Positions 38,269-48,130 of a stretch of DNA of 64,000 bases are shown here, in pieces. The notes beneath the pieces were generated by a model, which searched no databases, had not been told where the DNA came from, and worked only from the letters and a program-made list of their open reading frames with translations. This DNA is from an uncultured virus (IMG/VR IMGVR_UViG_3300045596_000200) (Duplodnaviria; Heunggongvirae; Uroviricota; Caudoviricetes): the IMG/VR virus record IMGVR_UViG_3300045596_000200. One strand, 5' to 3'. The position numbers were made by a program, and so were the translations under genes. Numbering within the stretch: position 1 is the first letter of the stretch; every line of letters begins with the position of its first letter.

Positions 38269-38343
38269 TTCCCCTGTACGCCAAGCACAGTTTTCCTCTC
38301 GGATAATCGTCGGATATTCCGCTCAGGAAATACCCCGGATCCG

Positions 38344-38378
38344 CTTGCTATCACGGCCGGAAAGAGTGATGTATGGAC
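38344..38378 (+). promoter_or_regulatory. Repeated promoter-like motif, class 2, copy 1
   Basis: CTTGCTAT-N11-AGAGTGATRTAT; four copies in identical register. Confidence 0.65.
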
Positions 38379-38424
38379 ATGCCGAAAAGGCAGGAAAACA
38401 CCACAGAAAACGGAGGCAGACACA

Positions 38425-39156
38425 ATGCGAATCAACTTCAACGTAACAGGCGCACGGCGCAAGGAACTGGTCAAGATCATCTCCGGCACCACCGGAACCA
38501 AGGCGGAATACAAGTACATGCCGACCTGCAACTTCGAGATCGGCGACCTGACCGTCACCAAGACCGGAACGCTCGAATGGGACGCCGAGGCGGACGGCGA
38601 GGAAACCGAAAAGGTCCTCAAGGCCCTCGCGGACGCGGGATTCGAAGCGGGGCCGCAGGAGGCCGCGGAGCCCGAGCCCGACGCCGGGGAGGAGCCCGAG
38701 GAACCGGAGGAAACCGCGGCAAAGCCCGAGGAAAACGGCCTCACGGTCGAGATCCCGCTGGACAAGGCCTCGGTCGGAAACCTCACGAACATCCTCGAAG
38801 CCAAGGGAAGCCTCATCAAAAAGGCGCTCGGCGTGGACGACCTGCGGTTCGAGATCAAGGAGGACCGCATCGCCTTCCCATGGTTCAACGAGCTGCCGGA
38901 TGCGGCCGAGGCGAAAGCCTATACCGAGTTCATCTCCCTGCTCTGCAAGCTCTCGAAGGAGCTCAAGCGCACCAGCAGCAAGGAGACGCCGGTCACCAAC
39001 GAAAAATACGCCTTCCGCTGCTTCCTGCTCCGCCTCGGATTCATCGGATCCGAATACAAGGAAAGCCGCAGGCTCCTCCTGAAGGACCTCTCCGGGAACT
39101 CCAGCTGGAAGAACGGCGCACCGGAAAAGACCGCGGACGAGGAGGTACAGGCATGA
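38425..39156 (+). CDS. Conserved phage protein (often labelled virulence-related)
   Basis: RKELVKII, NEKYAFRCFLLRLGFIG. Confidence 0.75.
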   Translation: MRINFNVTGARRKELVKIISGTTGTKAEYKYMPTCNFEIGDLTVTKTGTLEWDAEADGEETEKVLKALADAGFEAGPQEAAEPEPDAGEEPEEPEETAAKPEENGLTVEIPLDKASVGNLTNILEAKGSLIKKALGVDDLRFEIKEDRIAFPWFNELPDAAEAKAYTEFISLLCKLSKELKRTSSKETPVTNEKYAFRCFLLRLGFIGSEYKESRRLLLKDLSGNSSWKNGAPEKTADEEVQA

Positions 39157-39374
39157 TGATCAGACCAGAGCAGCTCGAGATCCTTCGGAGAATGTACCCC
39201 GACGGCACCCGCGTGGAGCTCGTGCGGATGGACGACGTCCAGGCACCGCCCATCGGAACAAAAGGAACCGTCCACGGCGTCGACGACACGGGGAGCCTCC
39301 TCGTCCACTGGGACGACGGAAGCGGCCTGAACGTGATCTACGGCGAGGACCTCGTGCGAAAGGCCGGTGACTGA
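39153..39374 (+). CDS. DUF4314-like protein
   Basis: YPDGTRVEL..MDD, GTV.GVDDTG, WDDGSGL. Confidence 0.75.
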   Translation: MMIRPEQLEILRRMYPDGTRVELVRMDDVQAPPIGTKGTVHGVDDTGSLLVHWDDGSGLNVIYGEDLVRKAGD

Positions 39375-39375
39375 C

Positions 39376-39552
39376 ATGACGGAGACCATCAGGGAGCAGA
39401 TCCTCGCGATCCGGGACACCGGGCTCACGAACATGCTCGACCTTCCCCGTGTGCAGCGGCTGGCGTTCGACCGCGGATACCACGAGCTGGTCCTCTTCAT
39501 TGAGGAGCACCGCGGCGAATACGTCCGCTTCATCATGACCGGGGAATCCTGA
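39376..39552 (+). CDS. DUF5049-like protein
   Basis: IREQILAIRDTGLTNMLD. Confidence 0.7.
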   Translation: MTETIREQILAIRDTGLTNMLDLPRVQRLAFDRGYHELVLFIEEHRGEYVRFIMTGES

Positions 39553-39595
39553 TCCCAAGGACACGGAAAACCATCGATTTTCATAGCAAAATCGG

Positions 39596-39630
39596 CTTGC
39601 TATATGCGCCGGACAGAGTGATGTATAGAC
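39596..39630 (+). promoter_or_regulatory. Repeated promoter-like motif, class 2, copy 2
   Basis: CTTGCTAT-N11-AGAGTGATGTAT. Confidence 0.65.
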
Positions 39631-39678
39631 ATGCCGAAAGGCACGGAAAGCCAGGCAAGCGAAAACCAGGAGGAACAC

Positions 39679-40149
39679 ATGATGGAGACGAACAGCAGAC
39701 TCGAGGAAATGCGGGAAACGGCGATCGCCTACAACCAGGCGAAGGCCATCCGGGAAAAGGACCGCGAGGCCATGATAGCGGCGGACGACTGGGACGGCGT
39801 CAAAGCCTTCGACGAACGCGAGAAGGCGGAATTCCCCTACCCGTTCACGCAAGGCGCGGTGAAGGCCCTCACCGCCTACGACCGGAGCCTGAAACGAGGC
39901 GCGGACGCATTCGAGGTCGAGGACCTTCCATGGGATCATGAGCTTGCCGACTTCGCCGCCACGCTGCGGGACGCGGGCATCAAGGAGATCGTGGTGACCG
40001 ACCAGAGCACGGCGCTCATGGACGGCATCTACGGACTGACGGCACTCGGATGCAGGATGACCGGCCTCAGGACGGTGACGCGCGCGGACGACCACCGCTT
40101 CGGAAGCAAGGAACCCGAACGCCGCAACGGCATCGAATTCAGTCTGTAA
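39679..40149 (+). CDS. Hypothetical phage protein
   Basis: AGGAGG RBS; own upstream promoter-like motif. Confidence 0.7.
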   Translation: MMETNSRLEEMRETAIAYNQAKAIREKDREAMIAADDWDGVKAFDEREKAEFPYPFTQGAVKALTAYDRSLKRGADAFEVEDLPWDHELADFAATLRDAGIKEIVVTDQSTALMDGIYGLTALGCRMTGLRTVTRADDHRFGSKEPERRNGIEFSL

Positions 40150-40210
40150 ACCACACAATCCGCCGAGGCGAAACCGCCGCGGGATCGTCACATATATTAT
40201 CCGGAAACGA

Positions 40211-40245
40211 CTTGCTATCACGGGCGTCCAGAGTGATATATGTAC
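40211..40245 (+). promoter_or_regulatory. Repeated promoter-like motif, class 2, copy 3
   Basis: CTTGCTAT-N11-AGAGTGATATAT. Confidence 0.65.
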
Positions 40246-40284
40246 ACGCCGAAAGGAAAACACAAGCAAACGGAGGATACGACA

Positions 40285-40512
40285 ATGTGGGACGAAGGAA
40301 CGCTTCTGATCGACGGGACAAGCGTGAAATACTGGGTGAAGCACTACGCGGAGCCTTCCGAGGACTACGGGATCGACGGCGGCCGCATCTCGAAGATGGA
40401 GCTACGGGTCGGCGGCAGGACCACCCTGAACTACGACCGCGGCTGGGACATCGAGCCCGAAGACGAAGCAAGCCAGCTCGCCTACGCGGTTCTCCTGAAG
40501 CAGTACAACTAA
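40285..40512 (+). CDS. Small acidic hypothetical phage protein
   Basis: GGAGG RBS; YGIDGGRISK...NYDRGWD. Confidence 0.7.
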   Translation: MWDEGTLLIDGTSVKYWVKHYAEPSEDYGIDGGRISKMELRVGGRTTLNYDRGWDIEPEDEASQLAYAVLLKQYN

Positions 40513-40628
40513 GCATTAACCTGAATTTGAATATTCCGAAAGCAGAGCCGTTCAAGGCTCCTGCTCTCGTACTGATAGAAGCCGCAGCGATGCGGTTATT
40601 TTTATGCCATGAAGGGAGTGATTTTCCA

Positions 40629-42236
40629 TTGGCAGTACGGAAACTGAAGAAATACAAGGTCACACGGTTCATGGAGAAGACCTCCCACTACGACGAGAAC
40701 CTCGCCGACTACGCCTGCCTGTTCATCGAGCAACTCTGCCACACCAAGGGCACCTGGGCCGGGAAGCCGTTCGAGCTCATCGACTGGCAGGAGCAGATCG
40801 TCCGCGACCTCTTCGGCGTGATCAAGGAGAACGGCTACCGGCAGTTCAACACCGCCTACGTGGAGATCCCGAAGAAACAAGGCAAGTCGGAGCTGGCCGC
40901 GGCGATCGCGCTGCTCCTGACCTGCGGGGACAACGAGGAGCGCGCCGAGGTGTACGGCTGCGCCGCCGACCGGAACCAGGCCAAGATCGTGTTCGACGTC
41001 GCGGTCGACATGGTGCGTTTCTGCCCGGCGCTCTCCAAGCGCGTGAAGATCCTCGAATCGCAGAAGCGCCTCGAATACCTGCCGACACACAGCTTCTACC
41101 AGGTGCTGTCCGCGGATGTCGCGAACAAGCACGGGTTCAACACGCACGGCGTCATCTTCGACGAGCTGCACACGCAGCCGAACAGGAAGCTCTTCGACGT
41201 CATGACCAAGGGATCCGGCGACGCGAGGATGCAGCCGTTGTTCTTCCTCATCACCACCGCCGGGAACGACACGCACTCCATCTGCTACGAGCAGCATGAG
41301 AAGGCGCTCGACATCATGAACGGCAGGAAGCACGACCCGACGTTCTACCCGGTCATCTTCGGAGCGGACGAATCCGAGGACTGGACTGACCCTGAGGTCT
41401 GGAGGAAGGCGAACCCGAGCCTCGGCATCACGGTCGGCATCGACAAGGTCAAGGCGGCCTGCGAGAGCGCGAAGCAGAACCCCGGCGAGGAGAACGCCTT
41501 CCGGCAGCTCCGCCTCAACCAGTGGGTGAAGCAGTCCGTCCGCTGGATGCCGATGGATAAATGGGACGCCTGCGACTATCCGGTGAACGAGGACGACCTC
41601 GAGGGCCGCGTCTGCTACGGCGGGCTCGACCTTTCCAGCACGACCGACATCACCGCCTTCGTCCTCGTGTTCCCGCCGCAGGACGAGGACGACAGGTATG
41701 CGGTCCTCCCGTACTTCTGGGTGCCGGAGGACACGCTCGACCTCCGCGTCCGGCGCGACCACGTCCCCTACGACCTGTGGGAGAGGCAGGGCGTCCTGCA
41801 GACCACGGAGGGGAACGTCATCCACTACGGCTACATCGAGAAGTTCATCGAACGCCTCGGCGAGCGGTTCAACATCCGCGAGATCGCGTTCGACCGGTGG
41901 GGAGCCGTCCAGATGGTGCAGAACCTCGAGGGCATGGGCTTCACCGTCATCCCGTTCGGACAGGGCTTCAAGGACATGAGCCCGCCCACCAAGGAGCTCA
42001 TGAAGCTCGTCCTTGAAAGGCGCATCGCGCACGGCGGGCATCCGGTCCTCCGCTGGATGATGGACAACATCCACATCCGAACCGACCCCGCCGGGAACAT
42101 CAAGGCAGACAAGGAGAAATCCACGGAGAAGATCGACGGCGCGATCGCCACCATCATGGCCCTCGACCGCGCGATCCGCATGGGAAACGACAATGCCGAG
42201 TCCGTCTATGACAGCCGCGGCATCCTTTTCATCTGA
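40629..42236 (+). CDS. Terminase large subunit (TTG start inferred)
   Basis: IPKKQGKS, FDELH, ITTAG, GLDLS, KIDG. Confidence 0.93.
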   Translation: MAVRKLKKYKVTRFMEKTSHYDENLADYACLFIEQLCHTKGTWAGKPFELIDWQEQIVRDLFGVIKENGYRQFNTAYVEIPKKQGKSELAAAIALLLTCGDNEERAEVYGCAADRNQAKIVFDVAVDMVRFCPALSKRVKILESQKRLEYLPTHSFYQVLSADVANKHGFNTHGVIFDELHTQPNRKLFDVMTKGSGDARMQPLFFLITTAGNDTHSICYEQHEKALDIMNGRKHDPTFYPVIFGADESEDWTDPEVWRKANPSLGITVGIDKVKAACESAKQNPGEENAFRQLRLNQWVKQSVRWMPMDKWDACDYPVNEDDLEGRVCYGGLDLSSTTDITAFVLVFPPQDEDDRYAVLPYFWVPEDTLDLRVRRDHVPYDLWERQGVLQTTEGNVIHYGYIEKFIERLGERFNIREIAFDRWGAVQMVQNLEGMGFTVIPFGQGFKDMSPPTKELMKLVLERRIAHGGHPVLRWMMDNIHIRTDPAGNIKADKEKSTEKIDGAIATIMALDRAIRMGNDNAESVYDSRGILFI

Positions 42237-42256
42237 AACACACGGAGGACAAGCCC

Positions 42257-43597
42257 ATGGGCATATTCAAAGGAATATTCAAAAGCCGCGACAAGCCAAA
42301 GGACTCCACCGCCGGAAGCTCCTACCGCTTCTTCTTCGGAGGGACCACCTCCGGCAAGACGGTGACGGAACGCTCCGCCATGCAGATGACGGCGGTCTAC
42401 TCCTGCGTCCGGATCCTGTCCGAGGCGATCGCGGGACTGCCACTGCACCTGTACCGCTACACGGAAAACGGCAGCAAGAAAAAAGCCATCGGCCACCCGC
42501 TCTACGAGCTTTTGCACGACGAACCGAACCCCGAGATGACGAGCTTCGTCTTCCGGGAAACGCTCATGACGCACCTGCTCCTGTGGGGCAACGCCTACGC
42601 GCAGATCATCCGGAACGGCAAAGGCGAGGTCATAGCGCTCTACCCGCTCATGCCGAACCGCATGACCGTCGACCGGGACGAGGACGGGCAGCTCTACTAC
42701 GAATACCAGACCTCGCAGGACGAGGCGCACACGATGACCGGGAGCCTAGTCAGGCTCTCGCCGTATGACGTGCTCCACATCCCGGGTCTCGGCTTCGACG
42801 GGCTCGTCGGCTACTCGCCGATCGCAATGGCGAAAAACTCGATCGGCATGGCGATCGCCTGCGAGGAGTACGGCGCGAAGTTCTTCGCCAACGGCGCGAC
42901 GCCCGGCGGGATCCTCGAGCACCCCGGCGTGGTGAAGGACCCGGAGCGGGTCCGGGAAAGCTGGAACACGGCCTTCGGCGGCTCCGCCAACTCCAACAAG
43001 GTGGCGGTCCTCGAGGAAGGCATGAAATACACGCCGATCTCCATCTCACCGGAGCAGGCGCAGTTCCTCGAGACGAGGAAATTCCAGATCGACGAGATCG
43101 CGAGGATCTTCCGCATCCCGCCGCACATGATCGGCGACCTTGAGAAAAGCTCGTTCAGCAACATCGAGCAGCAGTCCCTGGAATTCGTGAAATACACGCT
43201 CGACCCGTGGGTCTCCCGCTGGGAGCAGTCCATGCGGAGGGCGCTCCTCCGCCCCGAGGAGAAGAAGGAATACTTCTTCAAATTCAATGTGGACGGGCTT
43301 CTCAGAGGCGACTACCAGAGCCGCATGAACGGATACGCCACCGCACGCCAGAACGGCTGGATGAGCGCGAACGACATCCGCGAGCTCGAGAACCTCGACC
43401 GCATCCCGGCCGAGGAAGGCGGCGACCTGTACCTCATCAACGGCAATATGACCAAGCTCGAGGACGCCGGAATCTTCGCGGCCTCGGCACCCAGTGAAAC
43501 GGAGGCACAAGGTGAAACACAGGAAGAACAGGCAGAGGAACCACAGGAACAATCGGAGTCCGATGACCGGCTCCGGGAAAGGAGGAACCCCCTATGA
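42257..43597 (+). CDS. HK97-family portal protein
   Basis: AVYSCVRIL, LLWGNAY, GYSPI, IARIFRIPP. Confidence 0.93.
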   Translation: MGIFKGIFKSRDKPKDSTAGSSYRFFFGGTTSGKTVTERSAMQMTAVYSCVRILSEAIAGLPLHLYRYTENGSKKKAIGHPLYELLHDEPNPEMTSFVFRETLMTHLLLWGNAYAQIIRNGKGEVIALYPLMPNRMTVDRDEDGQLYYEYQTSQDEAHTMTGSLVRLSPYDVLHIPGLGFDGLVGYSPIAMAKNSIGMAIACEEYGAKFFANGATPGGILEHPGVVKDPERVRESWNTAFGGSANSNKVAVLEEGMKYTPISISPEQAQFLETRKFQIDEIARIFRIPPHMIGDLEKSSFSNIEQQSLEFVKYTLDPWVSRWEQSMRRALLRPEEKKEYFFKFNVDGLLRGDYQSRMNGYATARQNGWMSANDIRELENLDRIPAEEGGDLYLINGNMTKLEDAGIFAASAPSETEAQGETQEEQAEEPQEQSESDDRLRERRNPL

Positions 43598-44328
43598 CAA
43601 GAAAATTCTGGCTATGGGCGCGAAACGAGACCCCGGACGGCTTCGGATCCGACCGCACGCTCTACCTCGACGGGGAGATCTCCGATGAGACCTGGTACGG
43701 CGACGAGATCACCCCACGGGCCTTCAAGGACGAGCTCAACTCCGGCAAGGGCGGCATCACCCTCTGGATCAACTCGCCCGGCGGGGACGTCTTCGCAGCC
43801 GCGCAGATCTACAACATGCTGATGGACTACCCGTACGACGTGACCGTCAAGATCGACGCGCTTGCGGCATCCGCCGCATCCGTCATCGCGATGGCCGGTA
43901 CAAGGGTCTGCATGAGCCCCGTCGCGATGCTCATGGTGCACAACCCCGCGACCATCGCGATCGGCGACAGCGAGGAAATGCAGAAAGCCATCGACATGCT
44001 CTCCGAGGTCAAGGAAAGCATCATGAACGCCTACGAGCTCAAGTCCGGGCTGTCCCGGAACAAGATCTCGAAGCTCATGGACGCCGAGACCTGGATGAAC
44101 GCCAGGGAGGCGAAGAAGCTCGGATTCGCGGACGAGATCCTCTTCGCGGACGGCACCGGGCCAGCCGAGGAGGGCGGCACGGAGACCGGGATGCTCTTCT
44201 CACGGAAGGCCGTCACCGACTCGCTTCTTTCCAAGCTCATCCCGAAGCGCGCACCCGCGCAGAAAGACACGAAACCGGCCGTCAAGGCCGCAGATCTACA
44301 GAAGCGCCTGTCGCTTCTCAGCCACTGA
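43594..44328 (+). CDS. ClpP-type head maturation protease
   Basis: INSPGGDV, AASAASVIAM, MVHNP, ETWM. Confidence 0.92.
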   Translation: MTRKFWLWARNETPDGFGSDRTLYLDGEISDETWYGDEITPRAFKDELNSGKGGITLWINSPGGDVFAAAQIYNMLMDYPYDVTVKIDALAASAASVIAMAGTRVCMSPVAMLMVHNPATIAIGDSEEMQKAIDMLSEVKESIMNAYELKSGLSRNKISKLMDAETWMNAREAKKLGFADEILFADGTGPAEEGGTETGMLFSRKAVTDSLLSKLIPKRAPAQKDTKPAVKAADLQKRLSLLSH

Positions 44329-44349
44329 AACGAAACGGAGGAATCTGAA

Positions 44350-45555
44350 ATGACCAGGATCATGGACCTTATGGAAAAAAGAGCCAAGGCGTGGGACGCC
44401 GCGAAGAACTTCCTCGACACCCACTCCACGGGCGGCGGCAACGTGTCCGCGGAGGACGCCGCCACCTATGACAGGATGGAAAAGGAGGTCACCGACCTCA
44501 CGCACGACATCGAACGCCTGCAGCGCCAGGAGCAGATCGACAGGATGCTCTCCCAGCCGACCTCCGCGCCGCTCACCGGGAAACCGGGAGCAAAGGACGA
44601 GCCGGACGACAAGCCGGGCATCGCGTCCAAGGCGTACAAGACGGCGTTCTGGGATTCCATCCGCAAGCGCAACTGGTACGACGTCAAGAACGTCCTCGAG
44701 GCCGGGACCGACGCGAACGGCGGCTACCTCGTCCCGGACGAATACGAGAGGCAGCTCGTGCAGGCGCTGACCGACGAGAACTTCTTCCGCTCCATCGCCC
44801 ACGTCATCCAGACCGACAGCGGCACGCACACCATCCCGATCGTCGCATCCCACGGGACGGCGAGCTGGATGGAGGAGAACGGCCTGTATCCGGAATCCGA
44901 CGAGACCTTCGACCAGATCACGCTGTCCGCGTACAAGCTCGGCACCGCCATCAAGGTGTCCGAGGAGCTGATGAACGACTCCGTCTTCGACCTCGAGAGC
45001 TACATCTCCACCGAGTTCGCACGCCGAATCGGTGCCGCCGAGGAGGAGGCGTTCCTCGTCGGCGACGGCCAGAAGAAGCCGGAGGGCGTCTTCACCAAGG
45101 TCAAGGCGACCGACGGGGCGACCACGGAGATCGCGAACACGAGCCTCACCTTCGACCAGATCATGGACGTGTTCCACTCCCTGAGAAGCGTGTACCGCAA
45201 CCGCGCGGTGTGGATCCTGAACGACTCCACCGTCAAGGCGCTGCGCAAGATCAAGGACGGCAACGGAAACTACATCTGGCAGCCGAGCGTGGTCGCAGGC
45301 CAGCCGGACACCATCCTCAACCGCCCGTACAGGACGAGCATCTACGCGCCGGAACTGGCGGCCGGGAACGTGCCGATCCTGTTCGGCGACTTCTCCTACT
45401 ACTGGATCGCCGACCGCCAGGGACGCTCCTTCAAGCGCCTGTCCGAGCTGTACGCGGCTAACGGGCAGATCGGCTTCCTCGCCTCCGAAAGGGTCGACGG
45501 CAAGCTCATCCTGCCGGAGGCCGTGCGCGGCCTTTCCGTCAAGGCATCCGCCTGA
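44350..45555 (+). CDS. HK97-family major capsid protein
   Basis: GGYLVP, VSEELMNDS, FGDFSYY, RVDG. Confidence 0.93.
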   Translation: MTRIMDLMEKRAKAWDAAKNFLDTHSTGGGNVSAEDAATYDRMEKEVTDLTHDIERLQRQEQIDRMLSQPTSAPLTGKPGAKDEPDDKPGIASKAYKTAFWDSIRKRNWYDVKNVLEAGTDANGGYLVPDEYERQLVQALTDENFFRSIAHVIQTDSGTHTIPIVASHGTASWMEENGLYPESDETFDQITLSAYKLGTAIKVSEELMNDSVFDLESYISTEFARRIGAAEEEAFLVGDGQKKPEGVFTKVKATDGATTEIANTSLTFDQIMDVFHSLRSVYRNRAVWILNDSTVKALRKIKDGNGNYIWQPSVVAGQPDTILNRPYRTSIYAPELAAGNVPILFGDFSYYWIADRQGRSFKRLSELYAANGQIGFLASERVDGKLILPEAVRGLSVKASA

Positions 45556-45574
45556 TCCGCGTGCTGACCATCAC

Positions 45575-45614
45575 ACGGGCATCTCCGGTTCTCCCGGAGG
45601 TGTCCGTCTTTTTT
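45575..45614 (+). terminator. Terminator after the capsid gene
   Basis: ACGGGCATCTCCGG...CCGGAGGTGTCCGT followed by T-run. Confidence 0.7.
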
Positions 45615-45627
45615 ATGGAGGTGCCTT

Positions 45628-45915
45628 ATGGAAGTGACGCTTGACGAAGCGAAAACCTATCTCAGGGTCAGTTCCTCCGACGAGGACGAGCTGATCACAC
45701 ATCTCATCGCATCCGCAACAGGCATCGTGCAGGACATCGCCCGTTTCCCCGACGAGGAGTGGGAGTCAGGCGAGGAGAAAATCCTCATCCGCATGCGCAT
45801 CGCCATCCTCTACACCGTGGCGTATCTCTACGAGCACCGCGAGGAGGCGAACCACAGCCAGCTGAACCTCACGCTCCGCGCGCTGCTCTTCGGCGTCAGG
45901 AAGGAGGACTTCTGA
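45628..45915 (+). CDS. Head-tail connector (gp6-like)
   Basis: LDEAKTYLRV...YLYEHRE; synteny. Confidence 0.85.
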   Translation: MEVTLDEAKTYLRVSSSDEDELITHLIASATGIVQDIARFPDEEWESGEEKILIRMRIAILYTVAYLYEHREEANHSQLNLTLRALLFGVRKEDF

Positions 45916-46247
45916 TGAACATCGCCGCCCTCCGCGTCCCCGTGACCTTCCAGAAGAACACGGTCACGGTCGACAAATACGGAAACCACACCGCCAAATG
46001 GACGGACTACTTCACATGCCACGCCACAATCGGCACGCAGAGCGGCTCCGAGTCGACCGACGAGATCATCAGCCCCGAGGAGTCCCTCGACTTCACCTGC
46101 CGCTGGTGCTCCGAGCTCGCCGTGGTCGAATCCACGAAATACCGGATCCTCGCCGAGGGCAAGACCTACAACATCACCTACGTGAACCCGATGGGATACA
46201 AACGCAACTCGATCAAATTCAACTGCAGGCTGGAGAAGGACACATGA
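45915..46247 (+). CDS. Head closure/head-tail adaptor protein
   Basis: Synteny; DKYGN...W...YNI. Confidence 0.75.
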   Translation: MNIAALRVPVTFQKNTVTVDKYGNHTAKWTDYFTCHATIGTQSGSESTDEIISPEESLDFTCRWCSELAVVESTKYRILAEGKTYNITYVNPMGYKRNSIKFNCRLEKDT

Positions 46248-46624
46248 GCAGAAACACATCGATCGACGACATGGACTCCGCCATCATGGCGGAGCTCGGG
46301 AAATACGCGGACCTCGCGGCGGACGACCTGAAGGACGCCGTGAAGGAAACGGCGAAATCCATCCGCAAGGACATCCAGGACAACGCCCCGGTGGACACGG
46401 GGAAATACAAGAAATCATGGTCCGTGAAGAACGTCCACGAGGACTCCCAGTCCATCGACCTCGTCGTGCACTCGAGGAACCGCTACCAGATCGCCCACCT
46501 GCTCGAACACGGGCACGCCAAGCGAGGCGGCGGAAGGGTCGCCGCACGGCCCCACATCGCAAGCGCCGAGCAGCGCGGCAGCGAGAAGCTCGTCGAGGCC
46601 ATCGAAAGCAAGCTGAAAGGATGA
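46244..46624 (+). CDS. HK97 gp10-family tail protein
   Basis: APVDTG, HLLEHGH, ARPHI. Confidence 0.82.
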   Translation: MSRNTSIDDMDSAIMAELGKYADLAADDLKDAVKETAKSIRKDIQDNAPVDTGKYKKSWSVKNVHEDSQSIDLVVHSRNRYQIAHLLEHGHAKRGGGRVAARPHIASAEQRGSEKLVEAIESKLKG

Positions 46625-46630
46625 CATCCC

Positions 46631-46957
46631 ATGACATTCGAGGAAACGAAAGCGATGATCGAGGAGACCGTGCTTCCCGTCGCCTACGACCACTTCGCCG
46701 AAGGCGAGTCCCCGGACCCGCCCTTCATCTGCTTCCTGTTCCCGGGAAGCGACAACCTGTTCGCTGACGATGCGGTCTTCCAGAAGATCGACGAGCTCAA
46801 CGTCGAGCTCTACACGGACAGGAAGGATCCCGATATGGAAACCCGGATCGAGGACATCCTCAACTCGCATGAGCTCCCCTTCGAGAAATCGGAGGTGTGG
46901 ATCGCGGATGAGCGGATGTACGAGGTCCTGTACCAGACACAGATCATAGGAGGTTAA
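46631..46957 (+). CDS. Putative tail terminator/completion protein
   Basis: Synteny before the major tail gene. Confidence 0.65.
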   Translation: MTFEETKAMIEETVLPVAYDHFAEGESPDPPFICFLFPGSDNLFADDAVFQKIDELNVELYTDRKDPDMETRIEDILNSHELPFEKSEVWIADERMYEVLYQTQIIGG

Positions 46958-46962
46958 CAGAT

Positions 46963-47565
46963 ATGGCTAACAAGAGAAACAAGGTCAAGTTCGGCCTCAA
47001 GAACTGCCATTACGCGATCGTGACGCTCGCCGAGGACGGCACGGTCACGTTTGGCACGCCCGTCGCCATGCCCGGCGCGGTATCGCTCTCCCTTGACGCG
47101 GAGGGCGACAACGACCCGTTCTACGCGGACGACTCCGTGTACTACATGGTCTCGAACAACAACGGGTATTCCGGCGACTTCGAGCTCGCCCTCATCCCGG
47201 AGAGCTTCCTCACGGACGTGATGCACGAGACGGAGGACGCCAACGGCGTCATCGCCGAGAACAAGGACGTGGAGCCGGAGCATTTCGCTCTCCTCTTCGA
47301 GTTCTCCGGCGACCAGCGGAAGATCCGCCACTGCATGTACTACTGCTCGGCGACCCGCCCGTCCGTGTCCGGCTCCACGAAGGAGGACTCCACGGACGTG
47401 CAAACGGAGACCCTTTCCCTCACCGTGTCCCCGCTCCCGTCCGGGCTCGTGAAGGTCAAGACCGGCACGAACACCACCGACGCCGTGTACGACGCATGGT
47501 ACGACAAGGTCTACGAGCCGTCGTCGACCGCGGCATCCTCATCCACGAGCGGCACGGGCGAGTGA
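46963..47565 (+). CDS. Major tail protein (phi13 family)
   Basis: KFGLKN, FYADD, FALLFE. Confidence 0.85.
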   Translation: MANKRNKVKFGLKNCHYAIVTLAEDGTVTFGTPVAMPGAVSLSLDAEGDNDPFYADDSVYYMVSNNNGYSGDFELALIPESFLTDVMHETEDANGVIAENKDVEPEHFALLFEFSGDQRKIRHCMYYCSATRPSVSGSTKEDSTDVQTETLSLTVSPLPSGLVKVKTGTNTTDAVYDAWYDKVYEPSSTAASSSTSGTGE

Positions 47566-47576
47566 GGTGAGAACAC

Positions 47577-47954
47577 ATGGCAGTGACAAAGACAATAGAA
47601 GTTGACGGCAAGCTGGTGACGTTCCGCGCGTCCGCCGCGATCCCGAGGCTCTACCGGAACAAGTTCCACAGGGACATCTACCGCGATCTGAGCGAACTGC
47701 AGAAAGGCATCGACGAAAGCGACGCCGAAAACTCCAGCCTTGACACGTTCAGCCTCGAGCTGTTCGAGAACATCGCGTGGCTCATGGCGAAGCACGCGGA
47801 CAAGACCGTTCCGGACACTCCGGAGGAATGGCTGGACGAGTTCGGCACGTTCTCGATCTATGAGATCCTGCCGCAGATCATCGAGCTGTGGGGGCTCAAC
47901 ACGGAGCAGGAGGTGGCCGTTAAAAAAAACGGCATGCGACAGAACGGGAAATGA
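47577..47954 (+). CDS. Tail assembly chaperone (gpG-like)
   Basis: Between major tail and tape measure; ends near an A8C slippery run. Confidence 0.75.
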   Translation: MAVTKTIEVDGKLVTFRASAAIPRLYRNKFHRDIYRDLSELQKGIDESDAENSSLDTFSLELFENIAWLMAKHADKTVPDTPEEWLDEFGTFSIYEILPQIIELWGLNTEQEVAVKKNGMRQNGK

Positions 47955-48115
47955 CGACCCCGCTCTTCCTGCTCCGCTGCGTGCAGATCGGGCTTTCCAT
48001 CTCGGAGCTCGACCTCCTGACGATCGGCACCGTCAACGACATGTACGCGGAGATGAGCAACGACGACTGGGACTACCCGGAAATCGCGACACAGGAAATG
48101 ATGGACAGATTCTAA
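47924..48115 (+). CDS. Tail assembly chaperone gpT part, reached by -1 frameshift (or ATG at 47951)
   Basis: -1 frame is open from the A-run: KKRHATEREMTTPLFLLR...DRF*. Confidence 0.7.
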   Translation, partial: KKRHATEREMTTPLFLLRCVQIGLSISELDLLTIGTVNDMYAEMSNDDWDYPEIATQEMMDRF

Positions 48116-48130
48116 GGAAGGAGGCTTCGT

